Source: Macrostomum lignano
Lineage: Eukaryota
DNA length: 64,000 bases
Direction: 5' to 3'
Assembly (NCBI GenBank): GCA_002269645.1
Contig: NIVC01000800.1
Span: 248,001-312,000 of the forward strand
Shown here: one piece after another, positions 38,357 through 51,095 of the stretch
Position numbering within the stretch: position 1 is the stretch's first letter
Layout of the letters: every line of letters begins with the position of its first letter
Notes under the pieces: model-generated
The model's database searches: none
The model's input: only the letters and a program-made list of their open reading frames with translations
Told to the model about the DNA's origin: nothing
Made by a program: the position numbers and the translations under genes

Positions 38357-38878
38357 CTATGTTATCAGACTAGACTTGATCCAACACTTGCCTCTCGCTT
38401 GGTTCAACTGGCTCTTATTTTTACAATACATAGACTGGGCTTGCGTGACTCTGTCTTCTTGAACTGAAGTCTGATCTACTAAGCAACTCCATTCCCTTTC
38501 ATTTTTTCTATTTTTCTCTTTACTACCCAATCTGAAGATTCTGGAGATTCTCAATTTCTCTTTGCTAACCGAGTCTGCGAATCAATACAATCCAAAACTT
38601 GCCTATTCGCGTATTATTATAACTGTCGTTCGATCACCTGACACCTAGGCTTTGCTTTGGCATCGTTGCTTACCGTAACATTTATTAATCCAATGAAATA
38701 GAGTCGGTGAGTACTTACTTCCTCTAATTTTTCTAAAAGACTGAATGCTTCTTTCGGGATTTCTTTCTTGGTTTGTTGTTTGTTGCTTTCTTCGTCTTGG
38801 CCTGGGGGACACTTCTAATGTAATGGGGCTAATGTCTAATGAGCGGACTGCAACTCCAACATTAGCATCTGACTTCAT
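38357..38878 (-). CDS. Candidate two-exon orphan gene (38878-38719 + 38574-38357), about 125 aa, basic
   Basis: Donor GAA|GTAAGT at 38718 and acceptor ttcgcAG at 38576-38575 join two separate ORFs in the correct phase (phase 1) across a 144-bp intron. No recognisable domain. Confidence 0.35.
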
Positions 38879-39069
38879 CTGATCTAATACGTATTTATAA
38901 AACTTTATAATAATAGCTGCTAACGGTTTCTATTATAGCTTGCATACTAGCAATCTTCGCCCCCCGATGGGGGACATCTAAATAGAATATCTGTTCTCTA
39001 AAAGTAACAAAAAGACAGCGAAATAAAGCTTTCACAAAGACAACAGACATTCCATCTGTAAAAAAAAAT

Positions 39070-39660
39070 ACCCAGACAGCATGCAAGCATCTCCCAGATA
39101 GCATGCAAGCATCTCCCAGATAGCATGCAAGCATCTCCCAGATAGCATGCAAGCATCTCCCAGATAGCATGCAAGCATCTCCCAGATAGCATGCAAGCAT
39201 CTCCCAGACAGCATGCAAGCATCTCCCAGATAGCATGCAAGCATCTCCCAGATAGCAAGCATCTCCCAGATAGCAAGCATCCCCCAAATAGCAAGAATCC
39301 CCCAGATAGCAAGCATACCCAGACAGCATGCAAGCATCTCCCAGATAACAAGAATCCCCCAGATAGCAAGCATCCCCAGACAGCATGCAAGCATCCCCAG
39401 ACAGCATGCAACCATCCCCCAGATAGCAAGCATTCCTGGATACAAAGAATCCTTATAGATAGCTAGCAACCCCCTCTCAGATAGCAAGTACCCTCCACTC
39501 CCCAAGAGCAAGCATCCCCCAATAGCAAGTTACCCCAGATAGCAAGCATTCTTCCGATAGCAAGCATCCCTCCCCCCAATAGCAAGCATCACTCAGATAG
39601 CAAGCATCCCCCTGATAGCAAGTATCCATCCTTAAATAGCAAGCATCCACCAGACATCAA
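39070..39660. repeat. Minisatellite, 22-bp unit, degenerating 3'
   Basis: AGCATGCAAGCATCTCCCAGAT tandem copies. Confidence 0.93.
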
Positions 39661-39724
39661 GTAGCTAGTGCAATAATTTCCTTAGCTTTATAGTGGCTCC
39701 ATTTTGTTTGGCATGACACTTCTT

Positions 39725-42700
39725 TTTATGTTTGACATGGTGGCTCTTCTATGTTTGACATGGACACATGGTGTCTCTTCTATGTTTGACATGGTGGCTC
39801 TTCTATGTTTGACATGGTAGCTCTTTAATGTTTGACATGGAGTCACGTATATGTTTGACATAGTGGCTCTTTAATGATTAACATCGTGGTTCTTTAATGT
39901 TTGACATGGTGGCTCTTTAATGTTTGACATGGTGTCTCTGTTATGTTTGACATGGTGGCTCAGTTGTTCGACATGGTGTCTCTTCTATGTTTGACATGGT
40001 GGCTCTTTTGTGTTTGACATAGTGGCTCTTTAATGTTTGACATGGTGGCTCTTCTATGTTTGACATGGTAGCACTTTAATCTTCGACATGGTGGCTCTTT
40101 AATTTTTGACATTGTGGCTCTTTAATGTTTGATATGGTGGATCTATTATGTTTGACATGGTGGCTCTTTAATTTTTGACATTGTGGCCCTTTAATGTTTG
40201 ATATGGTGGCTCTTTTATGTTTGACATGGTGGCTCTTTAATGTTTGACATGGAGTAATGTATATGCTTGACGTGGTGGTTCTTTTATGGTTGACATGGTG
40301 GCTTTTTTATGTTCGACATGGTGGCTCTTTTATGTTTGGCATGGTGGCTCTTTTATGTTCGACATGGTGGCTCAATAATGTTTGACATGGTGGCTCTTTT
40401 ATGTTCGACATGGTGGCTCTTTTATGTTTGGCATGGTGGCTCTTTAATGTCTGACATGGTGGCTCAATAATGTTCGACATGGTGGCTCTTTTATGTTTGA
40501 CATGCTGGCTCTTTAATGTTTGACATGGTGGCTCTTTAATGTTTGGCATGGTGGCTCTTTAATGTTTGACATGGTGGCTCTTTTATGTTTGACATGGAGT
40601 AATGTATATGCTTGACGTGGTGGTTCTTTTATGGTTGACATGGTGGCTCTTTTATGTTCGACATGGTGGCTCTTTTATGTTTGGCATGGTGGCTCTTTAA
40701 TGTTTGGCATGGTGGCTCTTTAATGTTTGACTTGGTGGCTCTTTAATATTTGACATGGTGGCCCTTTTATGTTCGACATGGTGGCTCTTCAATGTTTGAC
40801 ATGGTACCTCTTTTATGTTCGACATAGTGGCTCTTTAATGTTTTACATGGTGGCTCTTTAATGTTTGGCATGGTGGCTCTTTAATGTTTGACATGGTGGC
40901 TCTTTTATGTTTGACATGGAGTAATGTATATGCTTGACGTGGTGGTTCTTTTATGGTTGACATGGTGGCTCTTTTATGTTCGACATGGTGGCTCTTTTAT
41001 GTTTGGCATGGTGGCTCTTTAATGTTTGGCATGGTGGCTCTTTAATGTTTGACTTGGTGGCTCTTTAATATTTGACATGGTGGCCCTTTTATGTTCGACA
41101 TGGTGGCTCTTCAATGTTTGACATGGTACCTCTTTTATGTTCGACATAGTGGCTCTTTAATGTTTTACATGGTGGCTCTTTAATGTTTGACATGGTGACT
41201 CTTTTATGTTCTTCATGGTAGATCTTTTATGTTTGACATGGTGGCTCTTTAATGTTCGACATGGTGGCTCTTTAATGTTTGACATGGTGGCTCTTTACTT
41301 TTCGAAATGGTGGCTCTGTTTTATGTTTGACATGGTGGCTCTTTAATGTTCGACATAGTGGCTCTTTAATGTTTTTATTGGTGTCTGTTTTATGTTTGAC
41401 ATGGTGGCTCTTTAATGTTCGACATGGTGGCTCTTTAATGTTTGACATGGTAGTTCTTTTATGTTTGATATGGTGGCTCTTTTATGTTCGACATGGTGGC
41501 TCTTTAATGTTTGACATGGTGGCTCTTTTAGGTTTGAAATGGTGGCTCTTTTGTGTTTGACATTGTGGCTCTTTAATGTTTGACATGGTGGCTCTTCTAT
41601 GTTTGACATGGTAGCACTTTAATCTTCGACATGGTGGCTCTTTAATTTTTTACATTGTGGCTCTTTAATGTTTGATATGGTGGCTCTTTTATGTTTGACA
41701 TTGTGGCTCTTTAATGTTTGACATGGAGTAATGTATATGCTTGACGTGGTGGTTCTTTTATGGTTGACATGGTGGCTTTTTTATGTTTGACATGGCGGCT
41801 CTTTTATGTTTGGCATGGTGGCTCTTTTATGTTCGACATGGTGGCTCAATAATGTTCGACATGGTGGCTCTTTTATGTTTGACATGGTGGCTCTTTAATG
41901 TTCGACATGGTGGCTCTTTTATGTTTGGCATGGTGGCTCTTTAATGTCTGACATGGTGGCTCAATAATGTTCGACATGGTGGCTCTTTTATGTTTGACAT
42001 GCTAGCTCTTTAGTGTTTGACATGCTGGCTCTTTAATGTTTGACATGGTGGCTCTTTAATGTTTGGCATGGTGGATCTTTAATGTTTGACATGGAGTAAT
42101 GTATATGCTTGACGTGGTGGCTCTTCTATGTTTGACATGGACACATGGTGTCTCTTCTATGTTTGACATGGTGGCTCTTTAATGTTTGACATGGAGTAAT
42201 GTATATGCTTGACGTGGTGGTTCTTTTATGGTTGACATGGTGGCTTTTTTATGTTTGACATGGCGGCTCTTTTATGTTTGGCATGGTGGCTCTTTTATGT
42301 TCGACATGGTGGCTCAATAATGTTCGACATGGTGGCTCTTTTATGTTTGACATGGTGGCTCTTTTATGTTCAACATGGTGGCTCTTTTATGTTTGGCATG
42401 GTGGCTCTTTAATGTCTGACATGGTGGCTCAATAATGTTCGACATGGTGGCTCTTTTATGTTTGACATGCTGGCTCTTTAATGTTTGACATGGTGGCTCT
42501 TTAATGTTTGACATGGTGGCTCTTTAATGTTTGGCATGGTGGCTCTTTAATGTTTGACATGGTGGCTCTTTTATGTTTGACATGGAGTAATGTATATGCT
42601 TGACGTGGTGGTTCTTTTATGGTTGACATGGTGGCTCTTTAATATTTGACATGGTGGCCCTTTTATGTTCGACATGGTGGCTCTTCAATGTTTGACATGG

Positions 42701-43880
42701 TACCTCTTTTATGTTCGACATAGTGGCTCTTTAATGTTTTACATGGTGGCTCTTTAATGTTTGACATGGTGACTCTTTTATGTTCTTCATGGTAGATCTT
42801 TTATGTTTTGACATGGTGGCTCTTTAATGTTCGACATGGTGGCTCTTTAATGTTTGACATGGTGGCTCTTTACTTTTCGAAATGGTGGCTCTGTTTTATG
42901 TTTGACATGGTGGCTCTTTAATGTTCGACATAGTGGCTCTTTAATGTTTTTATTGGTGTCTGTTTTATGTTTGACATGGTGGCTCTTTAATGTTCGACAT
43001 GGTGGCTCTTTAATGTTTGACATGGTAGTTCTTTTATGTTTGATATGGTGGCTCTTTTATGTTCGACATGGTGGCTCTTTAATGTTTGACATGGTGGCTC
43101 TTTTAGGTTTGAAATGGTGGCTCTTTTGTGTTTGACATTGTGGCTCTTTAATGTTTGACATGGTGGCTCTTCTATGTTTGACATGGTAGCACTTTAATCT
43201 TCGACATGGTGGCTCTTTAATTTTTGACATTGTGGCTCTTTAATGTTTGATATGGTGGCTCTTTTATGTTTGACATTGTGGCTCTTTAATGTTTGATATG
43301 GTGGTTCTTTTATGGTTGACATGGTGGCTTTTTTATGTTTGACATGGCGGCTCTTTTATGTTTGGCATGGTGGCTCTTTTATGTTCGACATGGTGGCTCA
43401 ATGATGTTCGACATTGTGGCTCTTTTATGTTTGACATGGTGGCTCTTTAATGTTCGACATGGTGGCTCTTTAATGTTTGACATGGTGGCTCTTTTAGGTT
43501 TGAAATGGTGGCTCTTTTGTGTTTGACATTGTGGCTCTTTAATGTTTGACATGGTGGCTCTTCTATGTTTGACACGGTAGCACTTTAATCTTCGACATGG
43601 TGGCTCTTTAATTTTTGACATTGTGGCTCTTTAATGTTTGATATGGTGGCTCTTTTATGTTTGACATTGTGGCTCTTTAATGTTTGATATGGTGGTTCTT
43701 TTATGGTTGACATGGTGGCTTTTTTATGTTTGACATGGCGGCTCTTTTATGTTTGGCATGGTGGCTCTTTTATGTTCGACATGGTGGCTCAATGATGTTC
43801 GACATTGTGGCTCTTTTATGTTTGACATGGTGGCTCTTTAATGTTCGACATGGTGGCTCTTGTATGTTTGACATTGCGCT
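39725..43880. repeat. ~4.1-kb minisatellite, 24-bp unit, with higher-order duplications
   Basis: ATGTTTGACATGGTGGCTCTTT(A/T)A; identical variant blocks offset by 1575 bp and 391 bp. Confidence 0.98.
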
Positions 43881-43935
43881 TCTTGTATGTTTAGCAGTTT
43901 TTTGTTTTTAAGGTGTTTTAATAAAAAAATCATTT

Positions 43936-44003
43936 TGCGCTACCAAGATTCGAACCCAGGTCGCTACATTAGCAGTCCAGTCTGTTCGCATCTAGGCTAT
44001 CTT
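43936..44003 (-). pseudogene. tRNA-Ser(GCT)-like remnant or SINE head
   Basis: The minus strand reads GATAGCCTAGATGCGAACAGACTGGACTGCTAATGTAGCGACCTGGGTTCGAATCTTGGTAGCGC, with an A-box-like TAGCCTAGATG, a GGACTGCTAAT anticodon arm and a B box GGTTCGAATC. Acceptor and T stems pair poorly. Confidence 0.6.
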
Positions 44004-45674
44004 TTTTCAATTGGAGCACATGAATTGTGGCCCTTATAATTCAATTCTTACAGCAAGTCGGTTAGAGTAAAAATTTATGACATAATCAATTTCTCAGTCA
44101 GCCAGTATCAGTCTCAGTTCAAGTTAGCAATATTGTTACGCAATTTTAATCAAGTCTTGTGTGCGTTTCTGTGGCACGGTTTTCACCTTGTTGTGATGCA
44201 ATCTGTATCACAATCGGAATTCAGTCAGTCAGTTTTTTCCCTAGCATTCTTACAATGCATTTCAAGTCGAAATTTTTGCTTGACCTTTGCAAAAAAGCAT
44301 GTTTTTCGAATATTTAATCCCTTTAAAATTGAGCAATTTCTTAGCCAAGATGCATGTACCGTCCCAGGAAAATTTCTGATCGAATGGTGCAAGTTTGAAG
44401 AAAATCGGTTAAGCCATTTTTTCCGAAATCTATCGCATACCTACCCACATACAGACAACTCATTTTTAGTATATAGGATATAAGGCTCTATGCCCTAGGC
44501 TAGTCTCGCTATTTAAGTTTTGATGAACTGAAACGAGCAAAATTCTAGTGTATAAGTTGTATAAACTACGTTGAATTTGCAAATACGCAAATGTACCTTG
44601 TGTTGAATAAATGATACAAGAATTAAAATGATTTTTTAGGCCTGCCAGTAGGCACTAGAGACGGGTACTGGTTTGAATTTGATTTGAACTGGGCAAATGC
44701 AATGCAACATAGGGATCCTAGGGACGGTCTGTCCTCCACGAGAAAAATCGTAGAATATCATAAAATTCATAAAGATTCATAATCGAGAATTGCGCCGCTA
44801 TCAGGGTAAGAACTCAAGAAGCCGGGCCGTGGTGTACATTAAAAGATAAAAAATATAACGAAGGGATTTGTAGCCAAAGGCAAAGCTATCCAATGTCCAG
44901 TCCAGCTGATTTAGGAGCAGGACTGATAATTGCGAGAGGACAGGCAGATAAGAATTACTTTAATAGAAATCGCATCGCACAAATCACAGAATCGATATCG
45001 ATTATTAATTTCAATCCTAATTGCCCGGTTGCCCCGGTTCTCGATTGTTAGTGTATATGAATGAATTGATAATTGATTAATTCTCAGCTTCAATTAATTA
45101 ATTAAGTTGAGTCTGAAAGGAGAGAATCGTATTCCCTGACCCTGTATCCTACTCTACTCCATTACTAACAGGCTAGAGTAAGAGGTTGCAAATAAAAGCA
45201 ATTTCCGCCTTTCTTGAGGTTGGTTTGATTTAGTTTAGGTACAGCGCAAGCCGCGCTTTGTGGGGTTTGGAACCCCCCAACCGAAAAGCATTGCCTTGCT
45301 AATGGTGGGTCCGCGGGGCTGGGGGGGGCTTTAGAGTGTGAACTGTGAAGTCTGGGGGAGACCACCACCCCCTTCTCGCTCAGCTGACTGACTGTCTGCG
45401 CTTTAGACAGGCGCAATGTAATGTGTAAAGCTCTCCTGCCGGGACTGGAGGGGGTGGTGGGCCGGTCAGCCTTAGTCCACGCTTGGATTGGTCGACTAAG
45501 CAGCCAATTGGCGTGCGGGGTTTTCTAGGGCTTCCCCCAATTCCATTCAGTGTGTGTGTGCAAAGGAGGCCCCCCTTCGTTGTTTAATGGGGATGGCTGG
45601 CTCCCCAACCCTCAAGGCGCTTTATTACGGCATGCTATTATGGCTTACTCCACCTGGCTGTAGAATTGATTAAT

Positions 45675-45706
45675 CTAACCCTATTTCCCCCCACTGTATA
45701 TTATAG
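45675..45706 (+). promoter_or_regulatory. Branch point and 3' splice site upstream of the paralog B start
   Basis: CTAAC at 45675, then ctatttccccccac, then ttatAG at 45705-45706; ATG at 45765. CCAAT/ATTGG boxes near 45485-45510. Confidence 0.55.
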
Positions 45707-45764
45707 CATCCTTACACCGAAGCCGCGAAATCAGTGAATCTCTTCCAACTACCATGCCAATGGA

Positions 45765-46163
45765 ATGTCGTCCGTTGAACAATTAACAACTATCGACAGA
45801 GCTATCGTCGAACCCAATCCGTCCGGGACGACCGCGTCAGACTCGTTTTCAAATTGGGACCTACTAGGCGACCTAATGATCGACTTAGGCGGCGGCAACA
45901 CCGGCCCGGCGGACCAGGGGCCGCTGAAGATGCAGAATAGTTCCGCCTCGGAGAATCTGGCCCCGGCAACAAAGCCGGACTCTGACAAAGGCCTCGTTTT
46001 AAAGATGAAAATCAAGCGCAAATCTAAGAATGAAGAGAAGCACGAAATTGTCACGCCAGATATGGAGAAATACCGATTATTGTCAGCGCCATCTGTCAAG
46101 CTGGAAGAAGCAGACTCATCCGCTACTCATGCTCCCGCGGCTAAGAAGTCTCGGCCAGATAAG
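45765..46163 (+). CDS. sbb: brakeless/scribbler (ZNF608/609-like) paralog B, exon 1
   Basis: NWDLLGDLMIDL resembles the family N-terminal W..G.LIIDL motif; also VLKMKIKRK. Donor AAG|GTAAGC at 46164, phase 0. Confidence 0.85.
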
Positions 46164-46854
46164 GTAAGCCTCATTTTGCTGCATTTAGTTTCAGTTCCGG
46201 GGCGTCTTTGTTCTGTTGCCTCTTTATTAGTTGCACAGAAAACCACGGCAAGCTTGGAACTGCTACTGAATTTTTGTTTAATTTCTCTGTTTGTTAGTTT
46301 TTTAGCAGGCTGTAGCCAGTCTATTAAACTGAGGCAGGCTTGGAACAAAGCAACCCCCCCCCCTGAAATATTATTCTCTGCCACTCATGCAGTAAAGTGC
46401 ACTCGCAATTCTCAACTAACCATCAGATTAAAACCTGACTGAAAAAATGGCCTACTCAGCATCTTTTTTTTGCTAACTAATTTTTTAAGAAATACCGTCA
46501 GTGACGGAACCGACCTGTATGCTGGCAGCACTGCTGCTTTCCTGGGATATCTTGCTCTAGTTCTGCCTAAACTTCTTTCTTAAAATTACCGACATCCAAT
46601 GACATCATATCCTAACGTTTCTTAGAATTACACACTGACCTTCAATGACCTTATATCTTTGCGCTTCTTAGAATTACTGAACTTTATTGACTCTTAACTT
46701 ATTTTTCTTAGAATAACTGAACTTTAATGAAGGGCGACCAAAGATCCCTTAACCGACCAGTGACTTGACTTACTTAAAAAAAAAAAAATCACAATACGCC
46801 ATTAGTTAACTCCATTAACAAATCCCAAACCCTTATCAAACACATCCCATCCAG

Positions 46855-48807
46855 TCTTCCGGCCGGCACGCATCCGCGAGCTCTTCAACTGGTCACTCTG
46901 GCAGCGGCAGCAGCGGCAAGCGGGACGCCTGGGCCAACACAGCCACTGTGGGCACCGGGATCGAGCCCGACTGTCTCGGGCCCTGCGACAGCGGCACCAG
47001 CGTCTCCCTCGACGGCCTAGTCTGGCTGGAGACGGACACCGGGGTCCTGGTGGTCAACGTGACCTGGCGCGGCCGCACCTACGTTGGCACCCTGCTAGAC
47101 TCGTCCCGGCACGACTTTGCCCCGCCATGCTCGGCCCCCGGCGCCTCCACCTCGGCCGCCGGCGCCAACAACTGCTCCAGCTCGAATCCTGAGGATCCCG
47201 AATCGTCCAACAGCAACGGCGCCGGCTCTCGCTGGTGCCAGCAGCAGCTGAACGGCCACCACCAGCATCATCACCATCATCATTCCCTGGCTTATCAGCA
47301 CGCTCAGCATCACGGAGGTCGCGGCGGCCGAGGCAATCGGCGCCGGGGAGGCCGGCCGCTGGCGCGTCAGCTGCCGCTGGCAAATGGCAGTAGCGGCAGC
47401 AGCGCCGGCAGCAACGGAGGCGGCGGCCCGGAACTGCCGCACATCCGGTGTCCAGAACCCGGATGTGACAAGCGCTTCGCCCAGCTTCAGGCGTTGAAGT
47501 GGCACAGCATCAACCAGCACAGTCAGCAGCGTCAGCAGCAGCAGCCACAGGATTCCCCCAGCGGCAGCCTTCGCGAGGAGAAATCTCTAGACGGATCCAG
47601 CGTGTTCAAAGTTCCTCAGCAACAGGCTGTGTCCAAGCCGCAGTCAGCCGCCGGGGTCGTGACTGTCTCGCGGACCTGCCCGGTGCCCTACGGCCCTCCG
47701 CCTCAGGCTGGCTCAGCCGGTTTCAAAGCCATTCAGCCGAAGCCTGGCAAGGCTGGCCGAAGGTCCGCCGACCCGGTGTCGCCTGCCTACAGCGACATCA
47801 GCGACGAAGGCGGAGCTTCGGTGCTGGAGCCGGAGGACGAGCAGCAGCAGCAGCAGCACAAAGACCGGCAACAGCAGCAGCAGCCACTAGCGAGGTCTTT
47901 GTCTGCCAACGAGGCGATTCGCGCCAAGTCTTTACCGCCAACTCAGCATCAAGCCAGGCCGCCGTCCGCATCTGCCGCATCCGCCGCTGTTGCTGCTACA
48001 AGCGCCGTGGCAACTCAGCCGCCTAGAACGCCTTCTACCTCGTCAACGACGTCCTCCGGCCACGGCGCGCCGCCGAAGCCCAGCTTGGGCCACTCGCCCT
48101 CCGACGGTGCCGATGCCCGGCCGAAGGCGACTGCACCGCCGCAGCAGCCGCCGCCGCCGCCCCCGTCCCAAGCGCCGTCGTCGGCCCCCGCCGTGGCGCC
48201 TTCAGCAGTCAGCGCCGCCGGCAGGCCGCCATCAATGTTCCAGCCGTCGCCTCAGCGTCGCCCGTCGCAGCCGAGTCCTTCGGCGTCGTCTCCGAGATTC
48301 GGGCAGCAGCATCAGCAGCATCCGGGAGCCGCAGCGGCAGCCGCCGCCGCCATGGCCGCCGGCTTTGACCCGTACCGGATGTCGTCCTACCAGCACCTGC
48401 CCGGCCTTGAGGCGCTCAGCCAGTACGCAGCAGCCGCGGCGGCGATGTCTTCTGGAAGACAACAGCAGCAACAGCAGCAACAGCAACAACAGCAGCCGCA
48501 GCATCCTCAGCTGCATCATCAGCAGCAGCACAAAATTCACGAGCTCGGCCGCAAAGCCGCCAGTCCGAAGGCGTCGCCGCCGACCCCAAACGGTCGTTTC
48601 CCAGCCTCCAACGGTGCTTCATCTAGTCACCACCAGCAGCTGCATCAGCAGCATCTGCAGCATCACCTGGCCAACCTGCACCAGCAGCACCAGCGGTCTC
48701 AGCCTCCTCCACATCATCACCTGATGGAACAGTTCAGCCTGCCGTTCACCCTGACCTCTCAGATGATGCAGTCTGCCCAGGCTCCTCATTACCTGCATCC
48801 CAAGTGA
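46855..48807 (+). CDS. sbb: brakeless/scribbler (ZNF608/609-like) paralog B, exon 2: conserved domain, C2H2 finger, IQPKP and SPAYSDISD motifs, Gln/His/Ala-rich tail
   Basis: Acceptor cccatccAG at 46853-46854, in frame. [55 protein letters not shown]; [24 protein letters not shown]; FKAIQPKP; [11 protein letters not shown]; stop TGA at 48805-48807. Confidence 0.95.
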   Translation, partial: SSGRHASASSSTGHSGSGSSGKRDAWANTATVGTGIEPDCLGPCDSGTSVSLDGLVWLETDTGVLVVNVTWRGRTYVGTLLDSSRHDFAPPCSAPGASTSAAGANNCSSSNPEDPESSNSNGAGSRWCQQQLNGHHQHHHHHHSLAYQHAQHHGGRGGRGNRRRGGRPLARQLPLANGSSGSSAGSNGGGGPELPHIRCPEPGCDKRFAQLQALKWHSINQHSQQRQQQQPQDSPSGSLREEKSLDGSSVFKVPQQQAVSKPQSAAGVVTVSRTCPVPYGPPPQAGSAGFKAIQPKPGKAGRRSADPVSPAYSDISDEGGASVLEPEDEQQQQQHKDRQQQQQPLARSLSANEAIRAKSLPPTQHQARPPSASAASAAVAATSAVATQPPRTPSTSSTTSSGHGAPPKPSLGHSPSDGADARPKATAPPQQPPPPPPSQAPSSAPAVAPSAVSAAGRPPSMFQPSPQRRPSQPSPSASSPRFGQQHQQHPGAAAAAAAAMAAGFDPYRMSSYQHLPGLEALSQYAAAAAAMSSGRQQQQQQQQQQQQPQHPQLHHQQQHKIHELGRKAASPKASPPTPNGRFPASNGASSSHHQQLHQQHLQHHLANLHQQHQRSQPPPHHHLMEQFSLPFTLTSQMMQSAQAPHYLHPK

Positions 48808-49509
48808 AACTTCCTTTGTCCATCAACCTTTGTGCCGGAATCGTTTCCTGTTAATATTTCCGCTTTGCTGCTTTTAGTTCGCACTCCAAAGTCAAGGTGG
48901 ACCTCTCTCCCTTTGTCTTTTAATTTCACTGTAAATACCAGTTTATTATATATGATTATGAATGCATCTGTAATTTGTTATAATTCCGTACGCGAAATTT
49001 GCATCTCAAACCGGGATTGTTTTTCAACGCAGACGCTTTCAAGCACCCGCTGTACAATGGTTGCCAAGCTTATATCTACTGTACTAAATGCTATACTAAT
49101 AATACTGTTTTCTTGTTGTGTCTTAATGTTAGTTTGTAATTTACTTTTATCCGAGCTGAATTGTGACACAAATCGTATAGAAAGTTTATCAACTCTCTGG
49201 CTTGTTATCGTCATTCAATCCGCGCCAATCCGTAAAGACTTCTCAATTTGGAATTATCGGTGATGAAATAATCTTTGTTGGCTTTGCTTGCTTTGTTAAA
49301 CTGCACTGTGACAACAAAAATATGAATTAATCGCTCACTAGAATGAGGCGAGATGCGGCCCCATATGCCTTATGCATTGTTTGTAAATTATTAATGATGC
49401 AATCTTTGCAATGTGCAACAAAATCTGTGCTTTTCGTTTGGACTTTGCGTTGGTTATCTTGGATTTGCAAGTACCGACTTGCTGACATTTTGTCCAAGTG
49501 ATAAACCAT

Positions 49510-50010
49510 CTCTAGACACTATAAGTTGTCTTAAGACACCATACGATACGTCTCTAGACTCAATAGATTACCTCTAGAAACGATAGATTATCTCTAGACT
49601 CGATACATTATCTTTTGGTACGATTGATTGTCTCTAACAGGTGATAGACTGTCTCCAGACACAATAGATTATCTCTTAGACTCCATAGATTATCTCTAGA
49701 AACGACCGATTATCTTTAGACTTAATAGATTATCTCTAGACTCAATACAATAGATTACCTCTAGACACGATAGATTTTCTTTAGACACAATAGATAGATT
49801 ATCTCTAGCCACGATGGATTATCTCTAGACATGATTGATTGTCTCTAAGAGGCGATAGACTGTCTTTAGACACGATAGATTAACACTAGACACGTTGGAT
49901 TGTCTCTCGACACAATAGGTCTTTAGGTTGTCTCTATAGACACGATAGATTATCTATAGACACCAAAGATTGTCTATGACACGATGCAATGTCTAGACTC
50001 TGTAGATTTC
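49510..50010. repeat. Old degenerate minisatellite, ~20-bp unit
   Basis: GATAGATTATCTCTAGACAC-like units with TCTAGA cores. Confidence 0.85.
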
Positions 50011-50649
50011 CCATCTAAACCCGAAAGCGAAGACTATTTCGAAACAAAAGCAAGGCCTTCCTTTCTTTCACAAAACAGCAGGTGCTCCAGCGCGGCTGCA
50101 AATTATTAGGCAAAATGACCTCTTATTCAATTCAGTTTCCACAACGTGACAGTCATCATAATGTGCTAATATGGCCCCTGCCTCCTTGTCTGCATGTGAC
50201 ACCTCTGTAATTAAATGCCATATGCTCAGCGCAGTCACCGCGCGTCAAAGTGTAAAGTCGAATAATCGCGAACTCTACTTGTATTGACAGACTTATAAAA
50301 GTGGTTGCATGCAAACAATAAACCCAAGAATATAATTTATGAGGGAGTTTAGCGGGTGTAATACCTTAATTCTTAAGGATATCAGGTGTACACAAAGCTG
50401 TTTTTTCCTTCGTCAGCAGCTCAGGGGATCAAATCTTTCCAACCGTCATTATCGGCTTTATCTGGGTGGGGAGGCGGGGCTCCGGCTTCCCTCTTCAGAG
50501 CCCTGGAGGGATCGGGAAGGATTGAATGAAGCCGAGTGACGCAACACAGGGGATTGGGAAATTGGCATTGGCACGGTGGCATGTCGGATTTCCGTTTGAA
50601 TTCGAGCGGCAGGGCGTCTGCGAAATCTTGACAAATACTGTAAGAACTT

Positions 50650-51095
50650 GGGAGTCATGGGATACCTATGGGAGTCATGGGATACCTATGGGAATCATGT
50701 AATCTCTATAGTAAGCATGGGGCATCTATAAGAAGCATGGGATATCTATGGGAATCATGTATTGTCTATGGAAAGCATGGGGCATCTATAAGAAGTATGA
50801 GATATCTATGGGAAGCATGGGATATCTATCGGAATCATGTAATATCCATGGCATATCTATGGGAATCAATGGATATCTACGGGAAGCATGGCATATCTAT
50901 GGGAATCAATGGATATCGATGGAAATCAAGGGATATCTATGGAAAGCATGGGATATCGATGGGAATTATCGGATATCTATGGGAGTAATGTAAATATCTA
51001 TGGGAAACATGGGATATCTTTGCGAATCAAAGGATATCTATGGGAATCATGTAATATCTATGGGAAGCATGGGGCATCTGCGGGAGTCATGGGAT
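50650..51095. repeat. Degenerate minisatellite, ~20-bp unit
   Basis: ATGGGATATCTATGGGAAGC-like units. Confidence 0.88.

Noticed and set aside
43936-44003. Functional tRNA gene
   Set aside because: Acceptor and T stems do not pair well and the long Ser variable arm is missing; treated as a remnant or SINE head.
47054-48724. Alternative-frame and antisense ORFs within paralog B
   Set aside because: Expected shadows of a GC-rich coding exon.
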